NCBI RefSeq assembly: GCF_046119375.1
Contig: NW_027367250.1
Location: 1 to 60,268 of the forward strand
Reading direction: 5' to 3'
Origin: Phyllobates terribilis
Lineage: Eukaryota
DNA length: 60,268 nucleotides
This document shows positions 10,597 to 24,300 of the stretch, piece by piece. The position numbers and the translations under genes were made by a program. The notes beneath the pieces are model-generated. The model was given only the letters and a program-made list of their open reading frames with translations, was not told the DNA's origin and did not search any database. Within the stretch, counting starts at the first letter, position 1; the number at the start of each line of letters is the position of its first letter.

Positions 10597-12135
10597 TGTT
10601 GGACCGGAATAATGTAGCAGGCCCAAAAGCCGAACTTAAGTAAAACCCAAGGCTTCTAGGTCTTAATTAGTATATATAGAGATTGGGTATTAGGGTAAAG
10701 GAGGGGGGATTAGGGGCTATAAAAAGTCTAAATTGCCGATTAGCACAAGGTGGAAGTGATTACGGAGATAATAGGGTAAGCCATGCCGCCTCTGTAAACA
10801 AGCATTCCGCTTTCGTCAACCGGTGCCCTCCACCGCATCAACACGTATCGAGGATGTAGGTCCTGCCGGCACTCCCGACCACCTTGCCCCACCGAATCCG
10901 TCTGAGTTCGCTCCTCCTGAGGTTACTATGCTGGTCAAATCTCACCGGAAGCCCCGAAGTCAAGCCTCGCCGGAGTTACAACACCTCGTGGAGCTTCGTC
11001 GGCAATCAGGCACCGAGCCTCTCGGTCGCGGATGATTAATAACGACGCCTCGACGTCACTCCCAAGCCTCGTCCTCACGAGCACTCTCGTCGAGCCTTGT
11101 CGGAAACAGGGGACGAGTCCCGACCTCATCGGAAGCCAAGGACGAGGCTCTCGAAATCCGCCCTCCCAAAGTCGCCCTTCCGAAGACATCGCCGAGTAGA
11201 GTTTCGCCGAGGACTTGCCGAAATCGCGCAATACCGGTCGAGTTGGTTCACCGGAGAAGCCCCGACATTCATCTCTGCGACTTGATGAAGACGGAGCAGT
11301 GAAAGCTGGCAGGCCCTCTCTTTTCCTATCCTGGGCCAAACAAAGACGCACAGGGCAAAGAAGAAGACGAAGAGCTGGGCCCCTGTTCCTGACGAAGAAG
11401 AAGACGAGGATTTGGGCCTGTTTTCTATCCTTTGGGCCCAGTAGTGCAAGAGGCCCACTTGGTCTCGTCGAGCAGCACATTCTGTCTATCTAGTCGAAGC
11501 AGTACACTATGGGGGACGAATTCCTATCACTTGGGCCAGCACATCGAGCAACAGAATACGGAGGATGATGTCCTATCATTTGGGCCAGCAGGTACAAGCG
11601 GGCTAATTTGGGCCGAGCAATTATACAAACAAAAGGTATGATTGTGACCAATCTGTACTCCTTAAAGCGAGGTAAGTAATCTCCATTAAGCACGAATCAT
11701 ATATATCATGGTTCCGTCCGAGCGTACTATTTAGTCATGGGCAAACCTTGACGTATTCGCACCGCTCTTATCGTATTCACGGTACTAATTAGCGGTAAAA
11801 CTTACCGGGAGGGACGTATTCACCCCCTCCCAAAGGGGAGTCATCCGATGAACGAGACATAGAGTTTCATAATCTTAATACTCATTTGTCAAATATATTA
11901 TATATGCGCATTTGAACACATTACTGACTTGAGCGTCGGAGAGCCCGTCCCGGAGACCCCCACCTCCGGTTCTGTGCCTTTTGCAGGTAATAAAAGGTAT
12001 CAACTCGGAAACGATGGACGAGAGCCTCGGACTCTGGAAGCTTAAACCGTCTTTACCCTCAGCTAAGGAAGTCAAGAGTGAATCTAATCCTCTCGTTGAG
12101 ACGTGTTGACTCTAAGAGCATCTTGGGCTTCAACA
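10597..12135 (+). repeat. 3' LTR of Tat element 1
   Basis: Runs TGTTGGACCGG...CTTCAACA and is followed by the TSD GCTTA. Confidence 0.92.
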
Positions 12136-14099
12136 GCTTATGTTCATCAATTAATTATCTGAATCACTTGACTCAACTTTATAAAAAGTCATAGCTTCAG
12201 ACCCTGAACCATTTAATATCAATTATTGACCTCATATATATACACTCGACTATCAGTTTGACAGACCCAAGGATCAAATTGGTAAAAAAAGATCAGAGTC
12301 TAGAGATTTTACCCTATTGTTGTTCGGTAGAGTTACAAAAGAGAAGGCGTTGGTTGTGTAGTTTTAGTTGATACAATCTGTTTAAGAAGATGTAGTACCG
12401 AAATGGTTGCAACTCCAATTTGATGAGTAAAAAGATATAAGAGATTCTAGGAATATTTCTTCTTAAAAAATCGGTTAAGGTTCGGTTTTGCAAAGTTTTT
12501 TGGGAGCTTAAAGTAGCTTTATTTTCCTTAAGCTACATCTTGAGTGTTCGGCATAATAATATTAAACTAGATTAAGGAGCTTAAAATAGCTTAAAAACTC
12601 ATTTTGTTAACGTTCCCACGACATTAAAGGAGCTTAAGATAGTTTAATAAAATTATCTATGTTCATTTTATTTCTTCACTAACAACATGTTACTTAATTA
12701 ATCGAAAATCATTAAAACTATTTTCGAAAATTCTATATTAAATTTATTATGTATCATAAAATTCATAAAGTTAACTTTTATTAAACTTTACTCCTAATGA
12801 AATAATTATATTAGGTCACGTGTGAATGGCTTTTGAAATCCCAAACTCCACCATTATTTACTATGGCTTGTATGCATCCACCTTTCGTTGTACAAAATGG
12901 CTTGAGTTTTCTTTGTTCTTATTCAAATCAAGTTTCTAAAACTATCCATCCCTTAACTCCTACTACCCTCTATAATTTTTCTGACTTCATTCTTACCTAA
13001 TCTTTTTCTTAGCTACATACTTCCATTTTTGGTCATTAGGCATGGCTCTTTAAATTTCCCGAATGATAGGCATATTGATTAGATCATCATAAACAGGTCC
13101 GCTATATGTTTGTAGACGATTTTTTTCTGCATCTGCAAATCCATGACATCCAGCTTTCTAGTATGAAGATAACTTTAGTGTGATTCATATATCAAAGTGT
13201 TCATCTACGACAAAAGAAGAAAATGTTAATTTATATGTGCAGAAAATGGTTTTGGTGGGAACTATTATCCCACGTCGAAACACATGAGGAAGATAGTGGA
13301 ACTTCCCTGATTTTATCTTCCCAAATTGACCACTATTAGAAAATCTGTTTTAGTGACGGATCTTGATTTTGTCTCAAGTATTAAAAAATTAGCGACAGAT
13401 TTAACGACGGATAACACATCCGTCGAGCATATTGTCACAAACTCAGAACCTAGTTGATTAGCGACGGAAATTCGTCGCCATTTCTGCGTTAAAGGTTGCC
13501 GCCATATATTAAGGATTCACGACAGATTTCCGTCGCTAAAAGGGGGGAGGAATGGAATTAGCGATGAATATTACTGGTCCGTCGTTAATTCTACCCCCCT
13601 CCCCCCGATTAGCGACGGAAATCCGTCGCTAATTTTGGGGCCTTCCTGGGTGTACAGGTTGGCGACGGATATATCCGTCGCTAACCTGTCACCTTCTATA
13701 AATTTACGCAGAAATCCTCTGTTGCTTTATTTCTCTACTACTCTTCCGATTTTCCCTCCCTTCTCGCCCGCCGCCGCATTCCCCGCCCCCCCCCCCCCCC
13801 CCCCCCGGCTCTCCTTTCCTTTCCCTTCTCTTCTCTCCCTCCTTTTCCTCCCTCTTCTCTCCCTCCTCTTCACTCTGGCCTGTCACTCCCTCCGATTCGC
13901 TCGCCCCGCCTCCAGCTCCTTTCCATCCTCTTCGGACTTCGCCTGCCCGCCCAGCAGCCGGTTCAGCCCGCCCAGTAGCCGAAGTTCTCCCCACCACAGC
14001 CGTAGGTGTTTTACTAGCCACCCACTAGAGTTTTGCCCACGACAACCGCCCCCCGGTGTTTTGTTCGCCCGCCTATTGGTATATATTTTTATATTTTTT

Positions 14100-14770
14100 T
14101 AAATTAGTTATATTAAATGTATTATTGTTTACAAATTATTCAGAAATTGTTTATAAATTGTTTATTTAGAAATTTTTTAGAAAAAATAGTATTAGATAGT
14201 TTATATAGAAATTATTTTTGATATAGGTTATTAGATAGTTTGTTTAGAAATTATTTAGAAAATAATAGTATTATTGTTTAGAAAATACATAGATTGTTAG
14301 ATAGGTTTTTTAGAATTATATAGAATTTTTTTCAGAATTATATATGATTTTTTAAGAATTATATAGATTTTTTAGGAATTTTTATAAATTATAAATGATT
14401 TTTAGGAATTTTTAGGAAATAGAATTGTAAAGAATTATATAGAATTTTTTAATAAATAGAATTATAAAGAATTATACATAGAATTTTTATTGATTTAGAA
14501 TTTTTATGCATTTAGGATTTAGAACTTAGAATTTTTTTTGGATTTTAGATTTAGAATTATATAGAATTATGTTGAATTTTTATGGCTTTAGAATTTTTGT
14601 GGATTTAGGGTTAATATATGATTTATGTGAATTTAGGATTATATATAATTGTGGATTTAGGATTATATATATATACTCATGGAATTTGAATAATATAGGA
14701 TTATTTAAATTGTTATTGGAGAGTCTTAAAATATTAAAATATTACCATATAAGAAATGAGAATTAGGATT
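14100..14770. repeat. AT-rich low-complexity minisatellite (TTAGAATTATATAG-like) in the presumed first intron of the CACTA gene
   Basis: AGAATT/AGAAATT/GATTT units are reiterated downstream of a TATA (~13697) and a CT-rich leader. Confidence 0.7.
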
Positions 14771-14953
14771 AATCCTAATTCTCAGTGTACATGTAATACA
14801 TGTGACACATTCAAATAAATTACATAACATGTTATTAAGATAATAAAAACGATTAGATATGATTAATTAGATGTAGTTCACTTTCGACATCATAATATAT
14901 TAAGTTATTAATTATGGTTGGATCTGTCCATTTTAATATATATAGTTCTAGAT

Positions 14954-16520
14954 ATGAGAGGACAAGGAGGTAGTGGTGATCCCGCTGGAGCCGTTTGTGG
15001 GTGCGGTCGTGGTCGAGGCCGAGCCAAAGGATGGGGTAGGACGTCCTTGGGTATCGTTCCCGAGGTTGAGCCTACCCAGGATAGTCTGGCTCAGGGCGAC
15101 CATGGAGTATCTACTGCTCCACGGTCACCACTGGATGCCCGTGGAAGAGTATTCATTTATCCAGACCCCAACGGGTCTATGCTCCATGACTGCGGATGAG
15201 TCTCTCGTTCTATGCGAGAGATCTTCCGGAAATGTTTTCTCTTACCGGTAGCGCATGGTGGTTTCTGATGTCTGAGGTGACCGATTTGTACTGGGAGGAG
15301 TTCAAGGTAATTATTTATCCATTTTTAGCTTTACGATTACACTAACGTACAAATGCAAAGTGAAACATGTTTTTCTGATTTCCAGAAAGTATTTTTCTGG
15401 GACAAGTCCGAATACGACGAGGATTACATCAAGCATATTTTCATGAGACATGTGGCGACTCGGTACGTTGCAAATCTCTACGTTTGTAATGACTTATTAG
15501 TTTTACTATGCAATTTTTGAGATATTTCTATTTCACAGGTATAAAGACGTCATTCAGAAGATGAAGAGGTCTGGTATACGACATCGTTCTGTGAGAGGCG
15601 AGGTTTGGGCCACCTGGAAGGCCTTCTGGGATTCAGAGGACCAGAAGAAGAAGTCCTGCATTGCTCATTCCAACCGGACGAGCGAGTATGCTGGTGAGGC
15701 CACTGGATTAGTGCACCACACGGGAGGCTCCCGTTCCTTTATGGTATATTACGACGTCATGGTTTGATTCTTAACATTATTTTTTCATATAATAAATTTT
15801 ATTAATTTTCTATCAAACTAATAATTTGTATTGTTTTTTGTTAGTCCAAAGACCTCGGTCGCACTCCGACTGCAACCGAATTGTACACTCATACACACAC
15901 GTCGAGGAAGGACAAGGACAAGACTGTCCCGGTAGACTCAAGGGAGAAGAAGATGACGGTAATTCAAAAATTAAATATATGTTATGACGCATTTTTTGTA
16001 CATAACTAATATGTTTTTCTTGGTTATTGTAGGAAGTGATCGCCCAGAAGATTGCTGCTTCGTCCCATCCACCGACCGGAGAGGGTCAAGATACGAGCAT
16101 GGATGACGTGGACGAGACGTAGCTGTTTCTGTACATCAAGGACGTGAACAAGAAGCACCGGGTGCACGGACACGGTTCAGTAGCCGGTGGATATATCAAC
16201 CCATCTCGCAGCCGGGTGCATCGAGCTAGCTCATCTTGCCCCGGTTTGTCCTCTCAGATGAGCAAAGATGATGTTCGGCGCCGCATGTAAGAAATGCAAG
16301 CGCAGATGGAAGTGTAGATGCAAGCGCAAATGCAGCAAATGCAAACGCAATGGAAATCGCAAATGTATTCACAAATGCAGGCACAAATACATGTAGATAT
16401 GCAGACATAAATGGACGATTTCATCCGAGCTGAGGTGGCCAAGATGATGCCGACCATCCTCCAGAACATCGCCCACCACCGAGAGACGACGACGACGACA
16501 ACGCCGAATAATAGTTTTTT
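14954..16520 (+). pseudogene. TnpA-like (Ptta/En/Spm, Transposase_24-type) pseudogene with 5 exons
   Basis: Exons 14952-15306, 15386-15462, 15539-15761, 15845-15958 and 16033-~16520 have GT-AG borders. Motifs LYWEEFK, WATWKAFWDSEDQKKKS..NR..HHTGGSRSF, DLGRTPTATELYTHTH and KKHRVHGHGS are present, with a frameshift and several stops. Confidence 0.85.
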
Positions 16521-18389
16521 TAATGATTTGTATCTTTGTTATTGTTTGTACGAACTATGTTTGTTACGGTTAATTTTATAATATCAATTTCGGTTTAACT
16601 TATTAGTGTTTTTTATAATATTATGTTCCAATAAACTTTTAATTAATTAAAAATGTAAAACTATGAAAGTTAACGTTAACGACCACGTGAAGGTGTATTT
16701 GATAACGATAATCGATGACGTGACAAAGCTGTAGGGGTCAAATTAGGACGGGGTTTGCGACGGAAAGTCGGTCGCCACTATCGTTCTCCAAGGGGTCCAA
16801 ATTAGCGGCGGATTTCCGTCGTAAATTCCGTCACTAAAATCGGTTTCCCAAGGGTCCAAATTAGAAACGGATTTCGGTCACAACTTCCGTTGCCACAATC
16901 GGTCTCCGGGAGTCCAAATTTGGAACGGACATCTATCGCTAATTAGCGACATACCGTTTGGTCTGTCGCTAACTTCATTTGATACCAATTTGGGTGCGAT
17001 GGGTGACATCCATCGCTAAATCATTTTAGCGACGGATCTTTGTTGATTAGTGACGGAAATATCCGTCGCTAATCAACAGTATTCTAGTAGTGGACCCTTG
17101 TGTTCGATTTCAACTACTATACATATGTGGGTTTATTTGTAAGGGTTGGGTAGCTATTAAAGGAGGCTATCTCATGCACACAACCTCCGTTGTCTGTCAG
17201 GGTTGTGCGGTACCGGTCCGTGACACGTGCGTAGAGCGGTGGATCCCGTTTTGTGAATCATATTCCTTTTGGGACATTTTCAAAATGGAAATTATTTTAC
17301 TTTTCAATTCTTAACATATTTAAAACGGCTCTTTTAACTAGTCAAAAATAGGTTTCCTGATTTTCCTCCCGATTTGGCTGTTACACCCCACGGTTTCAGT
17401 AAGTGGAGTGTTGGCTATTTTTTCCTCCTATATAAATAGAGACCGCCATCAACGTTTTAGACACTGAACATTGATCTTTATTTTAATGAAACACATAAAC
17501 ACTCTGAGCATCCCAATTGATTCCAGTCCTTTGTTGGCGAGATCTCGCGATCGGAGGACGTTGTGCTAACATTAAGGGCGACGCCGATCTAACTCTGCTC
17601 TGAGACTCACGGCAAAATCATATCTAAGGAAGGGGCTACTGTACCACGATGCAACAATCGACTTCAATTGTTTTCTCAAAGGATTTTTTAATGAAAGAAT
17701 TTTAGAAACTAACCCCGTTCACTAGTTTTAATTACTCTCTAGACCCCATTTTATTAGTTACATTAATTAACCCTTGCTTAAATAGGTTTACTTTTATTTC
17801 TCTCTCCTCTCTCTCCTTTCACGTCTCTTTTCCTATCCCGTGTACGCCGCCTCTGTTCTTCTCCTCTCCTCTCCATTTTCGCGATCTCCATTTTCGACTC
17901 CTCTCCTCTCTCTCAACCTGCCGCCGGCGTCGACTCTCCATTGCCGGTCGGTCTCTCTCTCCATCGCCGGTCGATCTCTCTCTCCATTTTTCTCCATCGC
18001 TCTGGTGCTATCTCAATCGGTCTCCATCAAATCCGGTGCTATCTCCGGCGATTTGCTCCGTCTCCCGCCGACGTTACAGGTTAATCTTCCCTTTTCTTTC
18101 TCATAATACTTCGATTAGTGTATTTTTTGGTTTAAAGTCAGATTTTAAGATGCCACGTATTTTCAAGGGTTCTTAAATTTGTTCACTCTCCATTTTTGGC
18201 TCCTATCTCTTACTCTCCATTTAAGGTGTCACGTTGATTTCTAGGGTTTATATTCAGATTTAAGTTATTAATTGTATTTTCTAGGGTTCTTGAATTTTTT
18301 CACTTCGATTCAATACTTCGGCTATGCAGTTTGTTCGTTTTTAGCTTCCATTCAACACTTTGGTACCCGAAGTTGCCTCCGAATGCAAT

Positions 18390-21300
18390 TGGTGTGATGA
18401 CAATGCTGATACTTAAATTGACGTGTTGACGGTTTTAATATTAATATGATGACGGTGTTAAATTAGTGTGATGACAATTTAGTATCAATATGTGTTGACA
18501 CTTTTTAGTGTTATGTAGTGATGACAGTTTTAAATTAATGTGATGACGGTGTTAAATCAATGTGATGACAATTTAGTATCAATATGCGTTGACACTTTTT
18601 ATTGTTATGTAGTGATGACGATTTTAAACTAATGTGATGATGGTGTTAAATCATTGTGATGACAATTTAGTATCAATATGTATTGACACTTTTTAGTGTT
18701 ATGTAGTGATGACGGTTTTAAATTAATGTGATGATGATGTTAAATCAATGTGATGACAATTTAGTATCAGTATGTGTTGACACTTTTTAGTGTTATGTAG
18801 TGATGACGCTTTTATGTTATGACAATTTAGTAGTGATAAGTTGACACTTTTCAGTTTTGATGTTAGTTTATTCTATGTGATGACTCTTTTTATGTTGTGA
18901 CATTTTAAATCAATGTGAATACAATTTAGTATCAATGTGTGTTGGCACTTTTTTAGTGTTATGTAGTGATGTCGCTTTTATGTGACGACAATTTAGTAGC
19001 GATGTGTTGACATTTTTCAGCTTTGAGGTTAGTTTATTCTATGTGATGTCTCTTTTTATGTGGTGACATTTTATATTCATGTTTTGACAGTTTTATATGT
19101 TGTTGACATTTATTGATTATTTGATGACATGATGGTTTATTCTATTGAATTTGGTAATTTCTATGTGCTAGAGGAATTGCGTTATAACAGAAAGATCAAC
19201 ACCTATTATAGTGCTGGATTGATCAATACTTTGAAGAAGCATCTCCAGATAGATGTTTACGAAGAGGTAATACGTGGACCGTTTACTCCAATAATCAAGT
19301 TGACTAACAATTTATACTTCTCTGCTATCTTAGTTCATCATATGTTGATGCATAAGATCCACACTCCGAAGAAAAATGAGATGTGGTTTGAACTTGGTGG
19401 GAAGCTAGCTCGGTTTTTGTTAGTTGAGTATGCTGCAATTACAGGTTTAAATTATAAAGATTATCCTGAAATTGACATCCCTTCAACATACATTAAAGCT
19501 GAACTTGGTGGAAATAGTTGTGCATTTGCCAATCTACTTCGTCTATTTGTTGCTGAGACTGACTTGTCTAAGAAGAAGAGGTGGGCCCATGTACTACTTG
19601 TAGAAGGTTTTTTGCTATGCAAGAGAAAAACAGTTCTCATTGATCCATTGGTATATTTTCTTTCGAGTGATAGTAAAGTATTTGCTGAATATCCATGGGG
19701 AAGAATGTCATACACTTGGCTAGTGAATTCTCTTAGGCAGTTGAATAGAAATGGTCATCATAAACCAACTAATGGTACTCGTTATGGATACAATATATAT
19801 GCTTGTGTATTTGCTTCTCAGGTAATTTTAATTTTCAGAATTTATTGTTGTTTAATGATCTAGTTGTTTATTTGTATCTGATGACACTTTTATTTTTTAT
19901 TTTGCAAGGTTTGGATTATTAAAACATTCCTAAATTTTGCTAATGTTTGGGGTGTAAAAGCCAATCTCGAAAAGCGTGTCCTATTCTGTGCACGTTGGTC
20001 AAGCTCAGGGACTTCTAAACTGACCACCAAGATTAAATTGAGGTTGTTGCCAAACAACCAAGATTTGTAAGTTCTTTTTTTATGTGATGACAAATTAATT
20101 CTCTTAACTCTACCGTTATGTGATGACAAATTAGCGCTCTTAACTCTTTCTTAATTTTATGACACTTTTCTTATAACTTTATGAATTGTAAGTTCTTTTT
20201 TATCTGATGACTGCATTGTACCTTTTATCCAATTAATTGTGACATGGTGAATCTGAAATCTGAAGATAAGGTTGATGATCTAGCCTTCGATACTTATGTA
20301 CATTTGAGGAGAAATGGGAGTGCTACGACAAGGATTTCAGATATTGCTGCTGATAATAATCCTGAAGATACCGAGATGGATGATTTCACTGTTGCTACAA
20401 AGCCCCCAGTACAAACACTATTGAGAAAGAGGAAGATTGTTGATAACCCAGATGAGATAGAGGAAGATTCCAAGATGAAGAGTTTGAATTTGATAGTTGC
20501 CAAGGATCCCAAGGTTGCCGATGAAGTTGTTGTAGTCCATCAACTGCCTCGTAAGTTTATATTAATTGACGTGATGACAGTTTAGCTTTAAGTAATACAC
20601 CATAGACTGATGTGATGACAATTTAGCTTTAAGTGATGACACTATAGAGTATATATTGGTGTGATAATAGTTTTTGAGAATATGTGATGACAGTTTTAAC
20701 TATATGTGATATGTTATGACATTTTTTTTTATTAGATGACACTTTAGAGTTATGTGATGACAGTGTTTTCTATGTGTGAAATCTATGTGATGACACTTCT
20801 ATATGCTCTTTCGATGTGATGACACTTCTATATGTGATGATACTTTTTGTATTGATGTGATGACAGTTTAGCCTTAAGTGATGACACTATAGATTGATGT
20901 GATGAAAGTTTAGCTTTAAGCGATGACCCTATAGAGTATAGATTGGTGTGATGATAGTTTTTGAGAATATGTGATGACAGTTTTAACTATATGTGATATG
21001 TGATGACATTTTTTTATTAGATGACACTTTAGTGTTATGTGATGACAATTTTTTTTATGTGTGAATTCTTTGTGATGACACTTCTATATTTCATGACACC
21101 TTTTCTATTTTATGTAATGACAGTTTAGCTTTACGTGATATGTGATGACAATTTTTTTACATGACACTTTAGATTTATGTGATGACAGTTTTTATTGATG
21201 TGTGAATTCTATATGATAACACTTCTATATGTGATGACATTTTATTTATTTATATGAGAACAGTTTAGATTTATGTGATGCCAGTCTTAGATTGATGTGA

Positions 21301-24300
21301 TGACAGTTTTAATAATATATGTGATTTAACTATATGTGTTTTCATGACATTCTGGATTGATGTAATAACATTTTCATTTATGTGACATCTGTACCTGCTA
21401 AGATCATCGATTCAAGCTGAAGTTACTAAGAAAAGAGAGACCAACGAAGGAGATACAAACAACAGTGCTACCAAGTTCTGAGAGGCCAGTGAACACCACT
21501 TCCCAGATTTTGGGGAAGGTAAAAGCCCCCAATAAAGTTGTAGATGCTATCCCTTTGACTACATTTGAATCTAGTAAAAAGATTATCACTCCACCGGAGG
21601 AGTCGACTCCAAGATGGGCCAAGTTTATAGTTGAAAAATTTGAAGCTCAACAGAAATTCTTGAAGAACTTGCAATCCAAAGTGAATGATAACTCAATGCT
21701 ACTTGAACAACTTTCCAAGGATGTGAAGTCTGTTTTAGCTCACTTGAGAGGTTGGGACAAATCCAGTGATGACGGAAATGATTACTGTGAACAGATCTTT
21801 CATCAATGCAATGGCGATCAAGTAGCAAAACCACTCCAAGAGCCAAAGGCTGCTAAAGTGAAACTGGCATCAGAATAAGTTGAGGGAATACAACCAGTTA
21901 CTGAAATGAAAGAAGCCAAGCAAGGAAAGGATGTTGTCCATGAAGCTGTAATCCCCGAGCAAGACCAAGGGTTAACTACTGGACATTCAAATCCTCTCTC
22001 AGGTACCAACTATTTTGATGATATTGATCCTCGCGACCCAAATTATATTGAACTTGTGCGTGCCAAAGTAGATCATGATCAATATGATGTTGTAGAAGGT
22101 ATAATGGGTGATTGTTCTCAAATGACTAAACATGGGCAACTTTTTCATTGTTTTCTCCATGATCATCTTGTTGCTACAAAAAAAAAACATCGATCATGCC
22201 CATTTTGCCGAAGAGAAAGAGAAGTTGAGGTTTGTCGAAGAGAAAGGAAAGGAAGTTTTTGCTATTACAAAGTTAAGGAGGTCGTCAAGAGAAAACAAGT
22301 CTAGTCAATTTCTTTATGGTAGTCCATGGCTCAAAGAACCGAAAAAGAGGAGGCTCCCGAATAAATCTCGTTACTCCTTCTATGGTAATGAAGACCGTAA
22401 GGAATTCTATCAATGGTACAATGAGACGCAAGTGACATTTAACTCCTTTTCTATTTCACTATCCTGTAACAATTTTTCTATTTTTAATTCATTATGTTTT
22501 TGTTTAGTGATGAGAGTGCCACGATTATTGGAGGTGAAACACGTCATAGCAAGGATTTCTTCGATATTGTTTTGCCACTTAAATCTTGGCTAGCAAAGAA
22601 GTAAGTATTCTTTTGGCACTTTTGAATACATAACTGTAATGACATTTTCGTATGTGATGACACTTTTTTCATATGGGATGACACTTTTTCATATGTGATG
22701 AGACTTTTCGTATGTGATGACACTCTTAGTGTGTGATGACACTTTTAGTCGTGTTGACAGATTTTAGTATGTGATGACAGTTTTTATTTATGATGACAGA
22801 TTAATGAATGTGATTACAGTTTTAACATGTGATGAAACTTTTAGGCGTGATGACAGTTTTTAGTATGTGATGACAGGTTAATGAATGTGATGACAGTTTT
22901 AACATGTGATGACACTTTTAGGCATGATGACAGTTTTTAGTATGTGATGACACTTTTTATTTGTGGTGACAGATTAATGAATGTGATGACAGTTTTAACA
23001 TGTGACATGACAATTTTCATATGTGATGACATTTTTATAGTTGTGATTTAGGTTTTTAACAATACAGTGACACTTTTGTACGTGATGACACTTTTTAGCA
23101 TGTGATGAAATTTGTAACATTGTCATTGTTTATTGTGACGAACTTTTTATTACTATGGTGGCACTATTTTGTTATTTGATGACAGTATATACAAGAAGCT
23201 TTGTTCTACATGCGTAAGAGAATCAATAACAAGCCAGACAAGTTCAAGAACGTTGTCTTTGTAGATTGGATGCGGTACAAGTATTTTAATGAAAAGATGG
23301 TACAAAAGTACCTGAATGGCGAGGAATGCATACCAGATACCTTCAATGACTATTTTGCTGGAACACGTCCTGAGTTTTTTGGGAAGTCCTGGTATCAGGC
23401 TGTGACAACTGTTTACGCACCATTCTTATTGGAAAAGCACACTCCACACTTTGTTGGCTTAGAGTTTGACTTGGCTCGCTATAGAATAAGAGTTATGGAT
23501 TTTTTGTATTGGTTGACACCTGTGACAAACTTGTACAAATACTGAAACCCATTTGTAATTTTCTTCCATTTCTCATGAAGAAGGCGAGCAGATTTGATCA
23601 TCTCAGGAGTTTTGATGAAGAATTTCCCTTCTACAGAGATGTTAGTCTACCACAAGACGTTAAAGGGTAAATTTACATTTTCTACATGTTTTAACTTTCA
23701 CATAATATAATCTTACTAACTTATATTACTTTTATATTTTTTTCAGTGGCAATTGTGGCATTTTTACAATCAAGTAAATTGAACACACTGTATTCGATAG
23801 AAGTATGAAGGATTTAGACAAAGATCATAAAAAAACACGCAGAGAAAAGTTTGCCATTGATGTGTTCAAGCGAAATTGGGTGTGTGACCTTTTACCCACA
23901 AAGTAGATCTAGTTAATGTTATGTGATGACACTTTTATGGCTCTAATTGTAGAGAATGTTTCTAGACTATTTTGATGTTTCTTTGATGACACTAATTGCA
24001 GGTCTTCACCGACAACCTTGGAGAACCGAGTAAACGTAGTGACAAGGATGTGATGTTATCGGAGCAAATATTTTGTGAAGAAGGTGTTAGAATGCTTGAT
24101 GATATAGAGAAGAAAGAGCTCCCTAAGAAGAAGTCAATGAAGAATTGTAATTCTGGTGTTACTGATCGTATACCTAAGTTTAGTTTAGGAATATCTGGAA
24201 TTTAGTTGATGACAGTTTAGTTGTGATGACAGCTTATGTGATGATAGTTTTTGTTGTGATGACAGCTTATGTAAAGACAATTTCCTTTTGTTATGACAGT

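Larger units (their letters stand above)
4815..12135 (+). mobile_element. Non-autonomous Ty3/Gypsy Tat/Retand-type LTR element (LARD-like), no gag-pol
   Basis: Two ~1.54-kb direct repeats, TSD GCTTA (4810-4814 and 12136-12140), and a tRNA-Lys-like PBS. The 4.2-kb interior has no recognisable coding domain and is filled with tandem arrays and GGGGCTCTAC motifs. Confidence 0.9.
13331..17092 (+). mobile_element. Complete non-autonomous CACTA (En/Spm) element
   Basis: Ends CACTATTAGAAAA and TATTCTAGTAGTG, 3-bp TSD GAC on both sides, and dense AGCGACGGA/TCCGTCGCT subterminal repeats (13350-13685, 16750-17075). No TnpD transposase is present. Confidence 0.95.
13236..17680 (+). mobile_element. Copia-like LTR remnant split by the CACTA element (~13236-13330 plus 17096-17680; a tail may continue at 37783-37827)
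   Basis: Left piece has GTGGGA..TCCCACGTCGAAA; right piece has TATA (CTATATAAATAGAGA, ~17430) and GGGCGACGCCGATCT..CTAAGGA motifs typical of Copia LTRs. Termini and TSD are ambiguous. Confidence 0.45.

Noticed and set aside
13635-14102. Pro/Ser-rich and Gly/Glu-rich ORFs (also 17840-18106, 37252-37740, 59066-59296)
   Set aside because: They are translations of CT/GA-rich leaders and the poly-C run.
16226-16469. Minus-strand Ala/Cys-rich ORFs
   Set aside because: They are antisense shadows of the Gln/Met-rich TnpA exon.
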